DNA of 64,000 nucleotides from Camelus dromedarius (taxonomy: Eukaryota): the NCBI RefSeq assembly GCF_036321535.1, contig NC_087437.1:54190001-54254000 (forward strand), written 5' to 3'. Positions 61,608 to 64,000 of this stretch are shown one piece after another. A program made the translations under genes and the position numbers. A model generated the notes under the pieces. It did no database searches. It had not been told where the DNA came from and saw only the letters and a list, made by a program, of their open reading frames with translations. How positions within the stretch are numbered: position 1 is the stretch's first letter; every line of letters starts with the position of its first letter.

Positions 61608-63480
61608 GAAGCACTAATATTTCTAATCTAATATATATATTAGATCCAAATGAAGAGGAGGAAATATTTGAATGAATAATGGAGACAATTCCCACAGAAT
61701 TATGGAAAGATTAAAAAAAAAAAAACCCTGAGATTAATAGGAACCACTAGACATAAATTATGTTGAAATTTAAGTATTTCAAAGTAAGGTAAAATTGTGA
61801 AAAACTTCCAGAGAAAGAAAGAGGATCTCTTATCAAAACAACAACAACAAAAACAACAACAAAACAGAAGAAGAAGAATATTGATATCAGATTTTTAAGC
61901 AGTATGCAAGAGTGCAAGTACAGAATTTCATATCCAGCTAAACCTTCATTCAAATGTGAAGACATGATAAAAATACTCCAAGACATACAGAGTCTCTGAG
62001 TGTTTGCCGCACAAAGACCCATATGTGAAACATTTTAAAATACATTTTTACATAAATAGAAACCAATTTAAGGGATGATGGAAGAAATATGTGAAGAAAA
62101 GGTGGTAAAATATCTTTGTAAAGTTTGTCTTGGTCTTAAAAAATAACTGAGACCAAAGAAAAGAGAAAGGAAAAACATGTCCATGAACACCAAGAATGAG
62201 ACGTCTAGATGAACTCAATATGATGGAGCAGGCAAAGACCGAGGGACATTAGAGTATGTTAATGTCCTTGGCTAATATGAGAGAAAAGAGGGCCAACTTT
62301 AAAACAGTGAACAAAACGTACAAAACATGGAAAAAAGTGTGACAAATTGAAAAAAAACTAATAAAGTAGAAAAAATAAAGTAATCCATGTATTAAGATAT
62401 TAGGATAACTTCCACAGATAAAAATGAGCTAATTTGCCAAATAAAAAACCCAAAACCCAGTTATTTGTTATTCACCAGACACATTCTAAAGCAACACATA
62501 AGCAATAGATGGAAATGAAAGGATTAAAACTGATTAATCTGGCAAATAGAACAAAATACAGTATTATCAGATAATATGAATATCACAACCTTTATACCAA
62601 AACAAGGAAAAACTGAGAAAGGATAATTACATAGCTATGCCAGTTATTGCTATAAATGTAAAAATCCTTAAAAAAATTTTTAGTAAATCAAGTCCAAAGG
62701 GCATTAAAGTGACCATACACCACACTAGGCTTTCCTCGGCTATGAGGACAGTCTTAACATTAGAAGATCTGTAAGCATAATTTACCAGCTAATATTGCTA
62801 GTACAATAAGATAAGCAAAATAAGAGACTTAACAATTGAAAATGAGGAAGTAAAATTACCATTATTCTCAGATGATTTGATTTTGGGACCAATTTCCATA
62901 GCTGTTCTTGGTGAGAAGATTAGTCACGGTTAAAACTGGGAGTTTGTAAACCACTTAGAAAAGCAATTGGATAATATCTTATAAAATTGAACTTTATGGA
63001 CTCTATAACTCAGCAATTGTACTCCTATGACTATATTTAAAAGAAACTCTGCATATGTACACTAGAAAAGGCAGATTGAGAATGTTCATTGCACTACTGT
63101 ACAAATTAACAAACAAAAAATTACCATCAATAGAGGATGAATGAGCTATGGCACATTCAAAATAAATGAATACAAGAAGCGACAGTATGGACGAGTCTTC
63201 ACAATATAATATTAATTAAAAAGTAAAACTATCAAAACTATTTGTGCATGATGTCCTTTTTATAATGTTAAGAACACTAATCAAATATACTTTTGAAAGA
63301 ATATATATAGGTGAGGTAAAACTATTTCAAAAGGGAAGTAAAGGGATGAGGAACACAAGATGCATGATGGTGGTTACTCTGGGAGGGGGTGCCAGGGGCT
63401 GAGTTGGGGAAGACTACAGGGGAAGATGTGGTCAAGCTACTGTTGAAGTCCGAGCTTTCACACTGAAGGGTCATTTACAA
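61260..63480 (+). mobile_element. Old, heavily deleted L1 (ORF1, ORF2 and 3' remnants)
   Basis: AGAATTTCATATCCAGCTAAACCTTCATTCAA (ORF1 RILYPAKLSF-like), ATTATTCTCAGATGATTTGATT (RT LFADDMI-like), ACTCAGCAATTGTACTCCTA. Confidence 0.7.
61564..61600. repeat. (TA)n microsatellite
   Basis: About 18 TA units seen directly. Confidence 0.95.
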
Positions 63481-64000
63481 ATGCTTGTTACCTTAGATTA
63501 AAACTAAGGAAGTAAACACAGTGATGCCATACATGGAAAAAGGATTATGCTTAATCCAATTCTAAGTCCCTGAGATCTAAAAGAAATATTTCAAATGGGA
63601 GATTTCAGGCGCTGAGGGCCTGGAGGTGGAGGTTTCTTTAGGCAGAGCTGTCTGAGTCATATATTTAGTGGCCATTTGCTCCTTTAGGCCTGGAGGCCTG
63701 CCTACTTCCATAAATATCGGTACCAAACCGGTTGTGAAGATCATGTGTAAAGACTAAATTTCCGCTCTCAGACACCCTGTCGTTAACCAGAGGTCGGCAT
63801 TTGCTTCTCCTGCGGCAGTGGTATCTTAACCAGTCTCCTTATCTAAGGCCCACCCTCCTTTACAGTTCTCTGTACTGCCTCCAGAGTGTTACTGCTAAAC
63901 TGCAAAATTCATCAGATCACTTTCCCTACACCACTCTCTCAAGTCCTTGGCCAGGTATTACAGAAGCTCAGTGATCTTTCCCCAGCAGAACAGCCCCGAA

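Noticed and set aside
12295..63659. At least 15 exact AP-1 heptamers across the window
   Set aside because: Only about twice the uniform expectation of roughly 8; TG/CA-rich words are over-represented in mammals and several sites lie in repeats
1..64000. CRISPR array, prokaryotic operon or foreign insert
   Set aside because: No regularly spaced repeat-spacer units or gene-dense segment; eutherian repeats occur throughout

Overview
Mammalian non-coding genomic DNA, very probably camelid (camel/alpaca/llama): four copies of a tRNA-derived SINE resemble the camelid vic-1 type. I recognise no protein-coding gene, RNA gene or CRISPR array. The ORF track is chance ORFs plus one decayed transposase remnant, so this is most likely intergenic DNA or a large intron. 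It is dominated by old interspersed repeats: MIR, L2, L1, MaLR/ERVL LTRs, and DNA transposons of the MER20, MER5A, MER3, MER44, MER63, Charlie and Zaphod types. Family names come from remembered consensus sequences, not a search. The most notable items are three compact inflammatory/stress enhancer-like motif clusters (IRF cluster ~6.5 kb, NF-kB plus ARE ~17.3 kb, NF-kB plus ETS/AP-1 ~54.4 kb); a hAT-Tip100 transposase fossil with four nested insertions, including a twin-primed L1; a ~120-bp L1 5'-end-only retroposon with a perfect TSD; a templated-insertion repair scar at a (TA)n tract; GC-shifted old repeats; and a few weak candidate exons. I found no convincing evidence of a new biological system.
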